Assembly (NCBI GenBank): GCA_024137785.1
Contig: JAHRHZ010000019.1
Coordinates: 49,875,755 to 49,939,754, forward strand
From: Ginglymostoma cirratum
Taxonomy: Eukaryota
DNA: 64,000 bases
Direction of reading: 5' to 3'
Within the stretch, counting starts at the first letter, position 1; the number at the start of each line of letters is the position of its first letter. Under the pieces are notes generated by a model. That model worked only from the letters and a program-made list of their open reading frames with translations. It was not told the DNA's origin and did no database searches. Below, in pieces: positions 36,606-50,006 of the stretch. Made by a program: the position numbers and the translations under genes.

Positions 36606-36767
36606 TAAAATTCATTACATTGTGAAGTTCTGTTCCATTTCAAAACGGTGACACATTCAATTTGATGAGTCAGGGGTTCAGTGAAGCAAAATAAGTTAAC
36701 CATGCAGAGTCCCTTTGAAGTCCTTCTTCCTGTGAGCAGTTTCTCTCCAAAACTTGAATTCTCACAC

Positions 36768-37350
36768 CAGAACCAGAACCTCAACTGGACTTACCACATA
36801 AACACCGTGGCTACAAGAGCAGGCCAGAGACTAGGAATAACTCAAGTTACTGTAACTCACCTCCTGACTCCCCAAAGCCTGTCCATCATCTACAAGGCGC
36901 AAGTTAGGAGCGTGATGGAATACTCCCCACTTGCCTGGATGAATGCAGCCCCAGCAACACTCAAGAAGCTTGACACCATCCAGGACAAAGCAGCCCACTT
37001 GATTGGCACTGCATCCACAAGCATCCACTCCCTCCACCACTGACCTTCAGTAGCAGCAGTGTGTATTATCTACAAGATGCATTGCAGAAATTCACCAAAG
37101 ATCCTCAGACAGCACCTTCCAAACCAATGACCACTTCCACCTAGAAGGACAAGGGCAGCAGATGTACGGGAACACCACCTTCAGTGTCGCTGAGTCAAAA
37201 TCCTGGAATTCCATCCCTAATGGCATTGTGGGTCAACCCATAGCAGGTGGACTGCATTGATTCAAGAAGGCAGCTCCCCACCACCTTCTCAAAGGCAACT
37301 AGGGACGGGTAATAAATGCTGGCCAGCCAGCAATGCCCAGATCCCACAAA
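36768..37350 (+). mobile_element. CR1/L2-group LINE 3' end (second lineage; putative partner of SINE family 2)
   Basis: NLNWTYHINTVATRAGQRLG..IYKAQVRSVMEYSPLAWMNAAPATLKKLDTIQDKA; tail ggcaactagggacgggtaataaatgctggccagcc. Confidence 0.85.
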
Positions 37351-37671
37351 TAAATTTTTAAAAATCCTCCCTTCTGTTCGCAGACTCCTGGCTTTTTAAG
37401 AGTCCATACACATCTAGGCATGTAACTTTGTGATCACTTAGAACTTGCGGTCGTACAGTCAAGTGACTTATTATAGTCTTTAATAATATTATTTTGGCCA
37501 AATAAATTCAAATTATTATTTTAACAAAATCTATAATGCCTTAACTCTTTGTTCAAACAAATGTTAAAGGTGTAAAATCACAAATTCGTCAGCCCTATGA
37601 AAAATGGAGCAAAAGTAGACTGAATGAGAAATAAGCTGACAAAACAATTTCTAGATTGTGATCTAAACTAT

Positions 37672-39888
37672 GTAACTTTATGTATTTTCAATATCATTTG
37701 TTGCAAGTTTGGATTCTTTTTGCATTAGTTTTGCATTAGGTTTTCTGTGTGTCTGAAGTTAATAATTAACCTCTAAGTCTTTCTGCATTCATGGTGATTT
37801 TTTCTAAAGCAGGTCTTGAGGCTTAAATTTTGAAATTAATCCTTTCGATGAACAACTAATGGATTCTTGTTACTTTAGTTTTTTTTGGACCCAGCATGAC
37901 TGTGGGTCAGTTAGCCTGACATCGGTCTTTGGTGAGATTTTAGAGTCCATTATTAAAGAAGAGATCGCGAGTACTTGGAAGTGCATGGTAAAATAGGGCT
38001 GAGTCAGCGTGGCTTCATCAAGGGAGGCCATGCCTGAAAAATCTGTTAGAATTCTTTGAAATAATGACCAAGTTAGACAAAGGAGAGTTAGTGGACGTGA
38101 TCTATTTTGATTTCTAGAAGGCTTTTGACAAGGTGCTGCATGGGAGCCCGCTAAATGGGGTAAGAGCCCATGGTGTTAGAGGCAAGGTTCTGGCATGGAT
38201 AGTGGATTGGCTGACTGGCAGAAAGCAAAGGGTGGGCATAAAGGGTTTTTTTTCAAGATGGCAGCCAGTGACCAGCAGAATTCTGCAGGGTTCAGCGCTG
38301 GGACCACAACAATTCACATTATATATTGGCAGCTGGAATACAACGTGGGAAATTGAAAGGTAGTAAGAACAGAGGCATAGACTATTCTTTTTAAATGGTG
38401 GAAGACTTCAGAAATCTGAACCACAAAAGGGACTTGGGAGTTCTAATTCAGGGTTCTCTTAAGGTTAACATTCAGCTGGCAGTTAGGTAGGCTAATGCAA
38501 TGTTAGCATTCATTTCAAGAGGGTTAGAATACAAGAGCAAAGATGTACTGCTGAGGCTGTACAAGGCTCTAGTCAGACTGCATTTGGAATATTGTGAGCA
38601 GTTTTTGGTCCTCCATCTAAGGAAGGATGTGCTGGCATTGAAGAGATTCCAGAGAAGGTTCACAAGAATGATCCCAGGGATGAAGGGCTTGTCACATGCG
38701 GAGTGGTTGAGGGCTCTGGTTCTGTATATGATGGAGTTTAGAAGGATGAAGGGTGGGGAACCTCACTGAAACTTTCAGAATACTGAGAGGCCTGGATAGA
38801 GTGAATGCGGAGAAGATATTTCCACTCGTAGGAGAGACTAGGACCTGAGGGCACAGCCTCAGAATGAAGACACAACTTTTTAGAAATGAGATGAGGAGGA
38901 ATTTCTTTTGCCAGAGGTTGGTGAATCTGTGGAGCTGATTGCCACATTGGGCTGTGGATGCGAAGTTATTGAGTGTATTTAAGACAGAGATGGATCGGTT
39001 CTCGATTAGTAATGGGATCAAGGATTACAGGGAAAAGGCAGGAGAATGGGGTTAGGAAACATAGCAGCTATGATTGAGTGGTGGAGCAGGCTCAATGGGC
39101 TGAATGGCCTAATTCTGCCCCTACATCTCATGGTCTCCTAGCGTGCTAAATTACAGGGTCACTAGGTTTGTAACAGGTTTCTGGAATTTTTTTAAGCTTA
39201 AGGGAATAAGTAAGTCTTTTTAAGTGTTTTACTTTGTGTTTTGAGCCATTCTGTGAAATCCTTGGATGAAAATGGCTGCATAAACTCATGCCCCTGAGAA
39301 AGGAAGGATGTAGTGAACTATGATAATGTAGAGAGAAGAATTAGAGTTGGTCCCAGACCAGCAGTATTGAGATGAAATCCTGAAGAGCTTACTTAAAGCT
39401 AAATATATCTTAAGCCTAGTTGTGTAATAGTTCTAGAAAGAAGTGATGTGATGTTCCAGTTAAACACAAATGACTCAAACCTATTGAAGTGTTAGTGATA
39501 GAGATTTTGGAATGAGTCTCGTATGAGTGGTGTTTTGGACACTATATAAGGTATGTTTTTGGTTACTGTAATAGTGTATGTTTTGGGCACTGTACTAAAA
39601 CTGTTTTACTTTTCAATTTACATGGGAATGTTTTGTGTTAATGTGACTATACTTTTACAGTGTGTGTAAAATCTTTGAATTTGTGTTATAAGTTGATCTT
39701 TTGATTTATTCTACTTTATCTGCATTTCTTTTGCTAATAAACTTCTGTGTTATTGTTAAAATAATTCTGCAACATTACATGCTTATGGTTCAGCAAGAGA
39801 CCGCTTTGTTAAGATCAAAACAAAACAAACAAGATCTATCAAGCCAGGTTTCAACTGGGATCTGACTTTTTCAGCTAGGTTCATAAAA
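37672..39888 (+). mobile_element. Probable solo LTR interrupted by a CR1
   Basis: TG start (tgtaac), T-rich body, AATAAA at about 39736, U5-like end gatctatcaagccagg..gggatctgact..cataa; boundaries uncertain. Confidence 0.35.
37905..39136 (+). mobile_element. CR1 LINE fragment
   Basis: HGVRGKVLAWIVDWLTGRKQRV; LYKALVRLHLEYCEQF; tail aatggcctaattctgcccctacatctcatggtct. Confidence 0.92.
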
Positions 39889-40578
39889 AGTTGAAAAGGA
39901 AACACATTTGAAAATTCAAAGCAATACCCACCAAAACCTTTCAAGTCTTAACAACATTAGATGATAAGTGGTAGTTAGATTGTTGTAAGATATCAGTACA
40001 CAATAATAAATTATTTATTGCTCAGTACAAAAATGACATCCTAGACAGTAAAGTTACAGGATGATGCTAATGTTAGTTTGGATTTTCGAACATGAATGCA
40101 ACATGGCATAATATCTTTCACTTTGCTCAGTTCAAAATATTGATAGGGGAAATGTCCAGTTGTTTTAGTCATAAAGCAAAAATGCATATGTTAAATTGTT
40201 ACATTTTGCATACGACCAGTACTGTTAGTTAACCTCATACTAAACAAAGTGAATACAAATGCTATTCTCTAAAAATGTCAGGCCAAATGAGGATTTATCA
40301 CAAGTTGCTGCTTATATGGATGTATTAAACACTTAAAAAGTGAGATTTGCTCACTCGTCATACAGATTGGATGTGCAAAATTAAACTTCCATGCACCTTT
40401 TTATTCTAGAAGAATACTTTGGATATTTTGATAAATAATGTCACTGTAGCTTATACAGATCAAACCACAGTTATATAAATCGTAAGAATGAGGGAAGACC
40501 TGTCAGAAGAAAAGTTGTTAATGTAACTCAACATTCTAAGTTTAGTAGGTGAAGTCAGGAATAACATGAATTATTAGT

Positions 40579-40760
40579 TCAGAGATAGTAGGAACTGCAG
40601 ATGCTGGAGAATCTGAGGTAACAAGGTGTAGAGCTGGATGAACACAGCAGGTCAAGCAACATCAGAGGAACAGGAAGGCTCCGGAGTGAGGAGGGTAACT
40701 TCTTGCTCCTCTGATGCTGCTTGGCCTGCTGTGTTCATCCAGCTCTACACCTTGTTATCT
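40579..40760. mobile_element. PLE family A fold-back element lacking the ribozyme core, 14-bp TSD
   Basis: Inverted arms around ccggagtgaggagggtaacttc; TSD catgaattattagt / catgaaatattagt (40565-40578, 40761-40774). Confidence 0.85.
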
Positions 40761-41704
40761 CATGAAATATTAGTATTCATCTAGAATCTTTACTGTGAAA
40801 AATTTACCAAGGTACAAAGTAGAGAGGGAAGAAAAAACTAAATGGAATAGATAAGCAAACAGATGTCAAGCCTTAAAATGAGAAATTAAGAGGAGTGATC
40901 AATAATACAATGAGAGAAAAGTGATGTGAAAGGTTTTTAAATTTAGAGAGGTGTAATAGTGAATGAACAGGAACACTATGACATAGGATTAGACATAGGT
41001 TAGACATAGGATTGCTAAAGGAAATTGCTGAGATAGCAAAGGTTGAGCCCACTCACAGCTGAGGACCCAAAGTTGAGGATTTCACACTTAATGTGAATGT
41101 CAGTCTCAGAGCCAGTATGGACCAACGAGGAAGATGGGGAGGAGGGGAGATTTGGCAAGTGATATTTTGTACAGATGGGATACGGGTTGTTAAATATAGG
41201 CACGGCTAGAGCTTATGATAGGAAAGGTAGGAGGTAGCACAAAGTAATTAAAGTTGCTGGTTTGGAATTTCTGGTGCCCCTGCTTTCTGGTATGATGGCA
41301 GTGGAGTAAAAACATGGCCGAACATTTGCTTAGGATGAAGGATCCATCCCCGAATTCAAATAGAAGGTTATTTCTATGCCTCCGATAGGCTGCCACGCCT
41401 CCAAGGGCCATTAACAGCATTCATTCAAACTTGAAGTGCTCATATAACCAAAATTTAAAAATGTCTCCAGATTTCGTAATGAGACCATTGGTAATCTCTT
41501 CCATAATTAGTTATTCCATTTTACTAAAGGTTTTAAGCCTTCAAAATGCTTCAAGGGATTCTTGTCTGGTCATAACTGTTAGTTCTGGAGTTTAGGATAA
41601 TTCATACAGTTCAAGACCTGCGGCTGAATGGATAGATGTGAATCAATGACTTTCTGATATTATGCACAATACTACTTTTACTAATTTATACTTCCAACTT
41701 TTCC

Positions 41705-41858
41705 GAGTTTCAATGAAAGGTCAAAGTCTGAAACATGAACAGGTCAAGGTCTGAAACATGAATGGTTTCTTTCTTTATAGACACTGCCAAACTGTTGTGT
41801 ATTTCCAACATTTTCTTTTTAAGATTCCAGCACATGAACTATTTTGTTTTTGCATTAG
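41705..41858 (+). mobile_element. PLE family C terminus remnant with a 23-bp local duplication
   Basis: tgaaaggtcaaagtctgaaacatgaac-aggtcaaggtctgaaacatgaa then gacactgcca..tatttccaacatttt, like the right arm at 30460-30556. Confidence 0.5.
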
Positions 41859-42284
41859 TATTTAATTCACTGTCAGTTCTCTTTCAGTAATGCCCAAGCT
41901 GAAGAGATTTTGCTTTTCTCCTTGACGAGATTTCCATTGGTCTCTTCTACCATCTTTATCTTCATTGTTTTCCTTTTTATTTCTTGCCTTTGATCAAACA
42001 AAACTCACTCTCACAGCCAAGTCGTCTTCCTGAAAAACTGTCTCCAGCTCCAAGTACTCCCTACCATGTTCCAACTGAAATTTCACTGTCTTTTATAGAC
42101 CCAATCACTAATACATACTGACTCTATCTACTGTATTTACCGATTCAATTTTCTCACTACAGATGCTGCCAGACCTGTTACCAATAATGTCAGCATTTTC
42201 TTATTAAATATGAGACACAAAAACGAATACTTTATTTTATTATTAGCCAGAATAACCAGCTTCTGAAGACACATTCATTATTTT

Positions 42285-42592
42285 GGGTGGTACGGTGGCT
42301 CGGTGGTTAGCACCGCTGCCTCACAGTGCCAGGGACCCGGATTCAATTCCACCCTCGGGCGACTGTCTGTGTGGAGTTTGCACATTCTCCCTTTGTCTGC
42401 ATGGGTTTCCTCTGGGTGCTCCGGTTTCCTCCCACAGTCCAAAGATGTGCAGGCTAGGTGGATTGGCCATGCTAAATTGTTCATAGTGTTAAGGGATGTG
42501 TAGATTAGGTGGTTATAGGGGGATGGGTCTGAGTGGGATGCTCTGAGGGTTGGGCTGAAGGGCCTGTTTCTGCACTGTAGGGATTGTATGAT
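42285..42592 (+). mobile_element. HE1-type V-SINE
   Basis: gggtggtacggtggctcggtggttagcaccgctgcctcacag...ggcctgtttctgcactgtagggattgtatg. Confidence 0.9.
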
Positions 42593-43914
42593 TTTGTTGC
42601 ACAGATAGTAATCTTAATGAACAATTGCCGAGGTCAGTTTTGGACTTCCAAATTTTGTTGAGTTGAAAACATTTTTAACACTTTGATTTTGTAGGACCTT
42701 GTGCCTATCGCTGTTTTCACATTGGCCTGATTGGTTGTGTCAATGTTCTTCTTGAATAACTGTCTTCACATTTGAAGAGCAGTTTTACCAGCCAACTAGC
42801 TCAACAAGCTATGCTCCATTTTAGATTTTTATCATCCTTGTGGATAATTTCATGGACTAAGGGTCTCAAGTTACCTCATTTACCTGTCACATTTGAATCA
42901 TTTCACTTACTCTCTGATAGTGTCCTGATGTATGAAGATGATAAATTTAGATGCTGTCTTTTGCAATACGTTGCAATCACATTTGATGCACAAGTGCATT
43001 TACTTCACATTGTCTCAATTCCCATGGGCCACACTGTTACAATCCTCTATCCCTTTGTCTCCAACATTAAAAGCCTATTTTTATTTGAGTGAAACACCAT
43101 GTTCTATTAAAGCTTTGCAGTTTGTCAATTTTATTCCAACTGTATAGTCATTCAGCATCATCACTGTGCCCATTCTCTGAAAGAAATTAGTCTCCCGACT
43201 TTTCTTTAGACTTCCATTTTTATATACATTTTAAATTTATTTTGAAAATTATATTTGAATCAGCTTCCATCAGTTTTTCAAACAATACAATTGAGATCAT
43301 AACAGTTTGCTGAGGAAAAGATATTGAACCTTTCCCAGCATTATTCGCCATTTATTCTAAATCTGTCCCTTCAAGGTGCTGATCCCACTGCCAGTGGAAA
43401 AGATTTCTTTCTGTTGATTCTATCTGATTCCTTCAGGATTTTTAACTTCGCTTAAAACTCCCCTAAAAATTATTTGCACTAGGGGAATAATCTCAGGTTC
43501 TCTAGTTTCACTACATGATTGAGTTCACTCATTCTTGGTTTTATTCTAATATATGGCCTTTGTACTGTCACCAAGATCTTGATTATTTCTGAAGTGAAGT
43601 ACCAAGAACTAAAATTTCAGACACTTTGGTGAAGGTCTAAACTATGATTTATAAAAGCTTATCATAGTAGCAGTTCTATCAAGCTGCCTTGCTACCTTCA
43701 CAGAATGTGAAAGCCTAGGATTTTCCATTTCTGCACCTCATTCAAAATGTTATAATTTAATTTATATTGTCTCTTGTTATGTTTACCTCCAACTGCAAAA
43801 TTCTGCTGCGTTAAGTTTCCACTTAGGCCTGCTAATTGCACCAGTCTGACCTGAAGAATGCTAAATTCCTTCAGAATTATGTTTCATTCACCCAAATCTA
43901 TGTCATTTTATTTT

Positions 43915-44476
43915 ACTTTACTCTTGGATGTGGGCATCGCTGACTGAGTTGGCATTTGTTGGTTTTTGACAGAACTGAGTGACTTGCAAGGCCATTTCAC
44001 AGAGCAGTTAACAGCCAGTCACATTGCTGTGGGATAACAAGGTGTAGAGCTGGATGAACGCAGCAGGCCAAGCACCATCAGAGGATCTGGAAGGCTGACG
44101 TTTCCGGCCTAGTCCCTTTTTCTGAAGAAGGATCTAGGCCCGAAATGTCAGCCTTCCTGCTCCTCTGATGCTGCTTGGCCTGCTGTGTTCATCCAGCTCT
44201 ACACCTTGTTATCTCAGATTCTCCAGCATCTGCAGTTCCTACTATCTGTGAAACATTGCTGTGGGTCTGGATTCACATGTAGGTCAGATTTGGTAAGGAT
44301 AGCTATTACACATTAGTGAGAAGGTGTGTCATGTGACTTCTCAATATGTTCTTAATTTCAGTTCATTTGAATTCTACCATCTGTTGCAGTGGGCTTTGAA
44401 CCCAGGTCCCTAGAACATGAGCTGGGGCCCTAGATTATTCGCTGATTGACAGTACTGCTAGGCCATTGCCTCCCCA
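43915..44476 (-). mobile_element. tRNA-headed SINE family 2, interrupted by a PLE hairpin
   Basis: ggatgtgggcatcgctg (tail, reverse complement) ... acattgctgtgggtctggattcacatgtagg ... ttgaacccaggtccctagaacat. Confidence 0.8.
44034..44252. mobile_element. PLE family A fold-back element, 13-bp TSD, core at 44122-44149 (+)
   Basis: TSD acattgctgtggg at 44021-44033 and 44253-44265; ctgaagaaggatctaggcccgaaatgtc. Confidence 0.9.
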
Positions 44477-47400
44477 TTGTACATTAAAAAGAGGAGTCTG
44501 AAACAATTGTTCATCTCTCTATTTCCTATCTCCTAGCCAATGTTTCCATGCTACCTTAGTTCCTTTAATTTCCTTCAATTTTATTAACAAGCTGATCATA
44601 TGGCACTTTATATGTCTATATGCACAAAATTAGCTGCACCACCTTCATCAACTGTCTCCAATATTTTATTAAAAATGTCAACTGAGCTCAACAAATGTGC
44701 TATCCATTGTTTATGTTCTTTCAAGTGACAGTTCACTCTGTCTCAGAACATTGTTTTTCTAGAAACTTCTTCACCACGGACCAGCCGATAGTTACCTGGT
44801 CTATCTTGCTGTGCTTTTGATGGAGAATCTTTTGTTGAAGCTATAGCACATGTTTCTCTAGGTCTCAGATATAGTATCTATTGGAATTTGTTTATTGCTT
44901 AGTTTGATATGACAGCAAAACTTTAATTGCTAGACCAACAGCCTGTGCCGTGCCTAGAAACTGAAAAAACCATAGCATGTAATTCTAAAATTAATGAAAT
45001 AATATTTCTCCTTCACAAATCTCCACAGCAGTTTTTTTTGATCAAATTGCTTTACTGTCTGAGTAATTTATCCACATTCTTCCCATGAACTGGATCTAAA
45101 TGGCAAAGAGAGATGCTGTATGATTAAACTTGAGTTTTTTTTATAGAAACCACTAAAGCTATTACAATGATTTAGATTTGAACTATATTACCATGCAATT
45201 GACTAGAATTTTATTGAGTTCAGATAAAATTGCTGACCTTTTCAATGTTCATTCTGCCACATCTTACAAAGCAATCAATGCAAGCCTCATCATTTTTAAA
45301 GTTTTACGGCGTTGATCCCATAAAGTCACAAATACAGGCGACTGGCTTCTTGTTACGGTTAAATTCTACTTCATTAGCTGCACTGTAATAGCATATGTTC
45401 AATCAAGTTAATAAAAACCTTTAGAAACTGTGAGTAGATGCATGCTATTCCCAAACTGTTAATACCGCAGTAGCTTACCTCTCAAAACAAATTAGCTGTT
45501 GGTGCAACTCACATCTTCAATCAAGAACTTCATTTGTATTAAAAACATACTCAAGGCTTTGGGTTACTTTACACATGCTGTGTTTGTGCTCAAATGGCAC
45601 TGGCACTAGTCTCACTTCTTCAGTTCTCTGTAGTCCAGGTTTCAGGGCCATGCAGTCTCAATATCTTCCCAATACTGCGATGTCAGTGCCTCCTCTTATC
45701 CTGACATTCCTTTCCTGTCTCATTTTATTGGTCCAATAAATTAGAAAAGTGTACAACTGTTTTAAAAACTTCATTTCTTAGTTTGGCTGCTTAACTGAAT
45801 GTTAAAGAAAGAACAATATCGAGCTCCAGGGCCCTTCCTAACCTCTTAAAAAAGCAAAGAAAATCCAATCAGTGTCTTAGTCCATGGTAATTTGCATTAC
45901 ATTTTAGCCCAGAGACTAAACTTTAACATCAGATAGATTCTTGCAACTTTCATTATCAGAACTGAAATACATTTTATGATTTACCCAGCTGTTTTCTTTC
46001 CCAACAGTGCGTGGCTTATGCTTAGAGGCTGTCTTCTGTTGCATTGACTTGTAATCTTCAAGGCCTCTGTTTGATGCCCAAGTTTCCCAGCTTCGAAACA
46101 GCTGTTATTTTCCATGCCAATTATAGCTTGGACAAACATTTTCCTTACCTAACATTAAAAACAAAGCCAACTAATTCAAAATATGTTTAGGTTAAATTGA
46201 TTACCTATAACCTGCAGCTTGTAAAACACAGAATGTACGTTAGGGCACATTGGAAAAGGAAAGGTGTTCGATCTACAATTTATTTTCCAACTGCTTTCTC
46301 CAGTTGCACTTTGAATTACATCTTTAAACATTGCTATTTGAAATAAAAGTGATTCTATTATATATTTTTCCTGTAAAATTTCAAGACAGCTTTTCTCAAA
46401 GGGATGTATCCACTTAGTAGACAGAGAGCAGGTCAAGCAGAGGGCTTGATTTGTTTCAGCTTTAGATAACGTCACTTTTAAACACAAGGAAGTTGAGGCA
46501 CAATTTTGCGGTAAGGTTTACATATTTTTGAGCCCGTAATGCTAAATAAGTGGATATCAGCAACCATCACCAAAGATGCATGGTGTTCCCCTCGTACTTG
46601 TCCTATCTAATCATCATCTCCATTTCTCATTTACAGAGTCTGTGCTGGTGTCTTGTTCAAGTGCAGTTTTTGACTTTTGGTGCCAAAATATATCACATTC
46701 TTAGAGTAAACAATACTCAGGGTATACAAATTGCACTGTGAAGGGAGAAGGTACATTAAGGTACTTGCAATAATTTTGCACTATAAGGTTGTATATGCTC
46801 ACTTACACAACGGGCTCCCTGCTGTTTTGTCAAGTCTCTTTCCAACCGTCTCTTTTTCCATTGTTTTTTGTTCCTACACATCTTTTCAAGATATAGTTTG
46901 GAATTGTTTATTATGATGACGGTTCACCTCCTTGTTGTTGCTCTTATAACTGCACAGATCCTTGGAGACTTACTTTTATTAATGCATTTATGCTGCACTC
47001 TGTTTGATTTTTGTCACCTAGGAGTAAATTATTTGCTTCTGACAAAAAAATCATGATTTAAAATATTTTATCTGATTGCCCATATAACATATTACAGTGA
47101 TGCAACTTGTTGCATATTTTGGACATGCAGCAGCATTGGAAAGGAAATGTGAGTATTGTTTTGTGTTGTCTAATATATTCGTGAGGAGTGCTCATTCAGA
47201 AACACTGGAAATTAATAACCAGAGCAGTAACTAAACTAGGTGCAATTATGAGATTACACAAGACACAGGAAATGAGAAAGCTCCACAATTCACATGTTAT
47301 GGGTGGTTTTTTAGCAGAAATCTCTATGTTGCATGGATTCAAAGGGGGTTTATTGACAGCATTATAAGGGGTGAAAATCATAATTGGCACTTCCAGACTT

Positions 47401-47774
47401 CTTCACAGCCAAGTTAAAATCTTTTTATTTTAATTAGTTAATTTGCTCTGATTCTGGAAACATTCATTATTTTTTTGAGACATCTTCACGAGTCACTTCA
47501 TTTACATGCTCCCAAAAAGTCAATATTTGTCCAGCATGACCTGTTGCTCCTAAATTCATTTCAACTGTTATTCTCTGCTCTACCAAGTCTATGAAAAGCT
47601 CCACTTTGGCAAGGGATTTAAAGCAGTCCATTTTTGAAATAAATCAATCTTGTTTGCTTTATTTCCCTTGGTTGGACAAAGGAGATTGCAGTAGCAACAT
47701 TACCCTTCAGCTGCTGTTCGTTTGATCAATCAACTAATCAACAGAGACAGATCAAAATCGAAATCTGGGGATAC

Positions 47775-47892
47775 AGTCAGAAATCACGCGACACCAGGTT
47801 ATAGTCCAACAGGTTTATTTGAAAATGCAAGCTTTCGGAGCCTCAGTCCTTCTTCAGGTATCCACCCCAGTTCAACGCCTGCACCTCCACAT
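47775..47892. mobile_element. PLE family B mini-element, core at 47829-47857 (-)
   Basis: Arm ends ccttcttcaggta then the opposite tail tccaccccagttcaacgcctgcacctccaca; reverse complement CUGAAGA-A-GGA..UCC-GAAA-GC-UU. Confidence 0.8.
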
Positions 47893-48304
47893 GTGGGGAC
47901 AGAGAGGAAGGGAACTGTTTTTTCTTGCCAGAGGTAGAAGCAGAAAGTTCAAAAGAACTTCAAGAACAATTGGGACTTCAAGCTTTTGCACGGCAAACCT
48001 GACCCATGTAACGACCTGGATTCCTGACCTTCTCGTTTCTTTGACATGAAAAAAGTCACATATTTACACTTGCCATCTGTGACACATGAATAGAAGTTCT
48101 AATTTCAGCTGCACTGCACTGACAATGACATTGTGGACCTACAGCTTTAGTGGCTAACACATCCAGTAATGATTCATTTACTTAGCCTGCACATGTAGGC
48201 TTGTGCTGGTGTCATTAGCTTGGACAACAAGTAGAATCTTTTGTAAGCCACCCTCCTGCCAGCTAGAGATCTGGCCAGTGAGATCTCTCTATTTTCTGTT
48301 CTAG

Positions 48305-49750
48305 GGAATGCTGGCTGAATTAAATTTCACGTAAGCACTTGAACGTGACAGGCCAGCAGTGGTGGGGGTCTTGGCGGGAGTGGGGGTGGGGAATGGGTGT
48401 AGGCTGAAGAGAAGAGTGGAGGAGGAGTTTGGGAAGTGGAAGGGAGGGACTGTCTGGATTAAGGACCCCAGGCACAGTCAGGCTTGCAAAGAACTGTCAG
48501 CTAAGTGACAGCACCACTGGAGGAGCTAGTAACTGCTGTTGGCGTGACACCTACTCAAGGTCGAGGTTCCTATGCCAGAGGTGTGTGTTGCAGACAGGCT
48601 GTGGGGAGCACAGGATAGAGAGATTGGCAGTAAGGGCAAGCAGGTGGCTCAGACTAGTCGACTATTCCTGATGCTAGGTCCCTCGATCAGGCACTTTGAT
48701 TTAGGGAAACACCCCCACCTCAAGAGCCCACGAGCAAACATGCCAGGATTTGCTTGTCATACTCCCAGATGGTGAGCTCCTTATCTGCCATTAAGTTAAT
48801 ACCAATTGTCATGGGATGAAGCCTTTAGTTGGGCATTAATTGCCAATTTAAGGATCTCAATTACTGGTGAGGTGGGAAGGCAGTCCTTTCCATCTTTGCC
48901 TTAACAAGGCTGGAAGTAAGAAAGTGGTGGGCTTCTCTTTCACTATTCTTCCACCTGATTAAATGGCCTCTCAGCACTAAACACACCATTGGGGAGGACA
49001 CAGGATTTTATCCAGCATGTGATAAACTGAAATGGGTAGAACTATCTGGACCCCTATTGGTGGGAGTGGGCCTGTGAAATGCCCCAGGCAGCCTTGCCAT
49101 CACCCAGCTACCCAATGTGCCCTGTCTGCCATTTTATGGTGTTCTTAGGTGAGGATTGGGACGGGTCTCCCACTCTTGGTCCCACTTGAAGTCCTTACAT
49201 GGCCAATAAAGAGCTACTTCCTGCTTGATCCCAGAGTTGATGCTTATAGCAAGAGGCCAGATTTACAAGGTGACCTGTCACAGTCTCAGGAAAGTGGAAT
49301 GGGGTTCACCTCACTCAAGGGCCTCTCTTTCCACTTCAAGTGAACCTCGTAAGGTCTCCTCTGTGTGGGTATTTCCCCCCCTCCTGCCCTCACCATGAAT
49401 GTTCCCAATCCCTCCAGCCCCTCCCTGACCATCCCCATTTCTCCCAACTGTTGGATTCCCCCATGCATATTTGGTCCCAGATTCTGGGGATAAAATTCGG
49501 CCACTGCTTGACAATCCCAGCCCCGGCCAATGGTGCAATAGGACTCTGCTGAGATTATAGAGCATCCAGTCAATCTGATTGATTGACAGCTCTCTGAGGG
49601 GGATAGCCTCCTGAGTGAGGCTTCAAGAACTGCCTTAGCTAATTAAAACTCCTCCAAGCATTAAAAGGTCAAGGGGCTGCTGTGATCAGTAGGATCACAT
49701 TCTTTACTGGCTGTATGGGACGAGGGGGGAGAACACCAGCAAACTTCACC
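48305..49750. repeat. Degenerate GC-richer interspersed repeat(s), unclassified (MITE-like)
   Basis: GC shift with recurrent ttaattg, ccaat and taaaattc motifs; no coding signature. Confidence 0.3.
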
Positions 49751-50006
49751 ATTTGAATAATCCTCTTCATTCTGACATGTAGTGATTAGTAGGTCAGCCA
49801 GTGAACCTTATAGACTATGGGCTCTCTAATTGGGGCTGTTAACCTGGTCAAATGAGGAAGTCCTGGCTGACAAATATAAACAAGAGAGTCAGAGGTTCGA
49901 TTCCCTTTACATAGGCCTAGCAGGGGTTTGTGGTCCATTATTACAACAAATTTACATCTGTAAAGGTGTTGGTGGAACTTCCTGACTCCAAATATGAATG
50001 CAATAC

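Noticed and set aside
42285-42360. tRNA gene
   Set aside because: A/B-box head of an HE1-type SINE that continues into the V-domain and LINE-derived tail; the same applies to the other SINE heads
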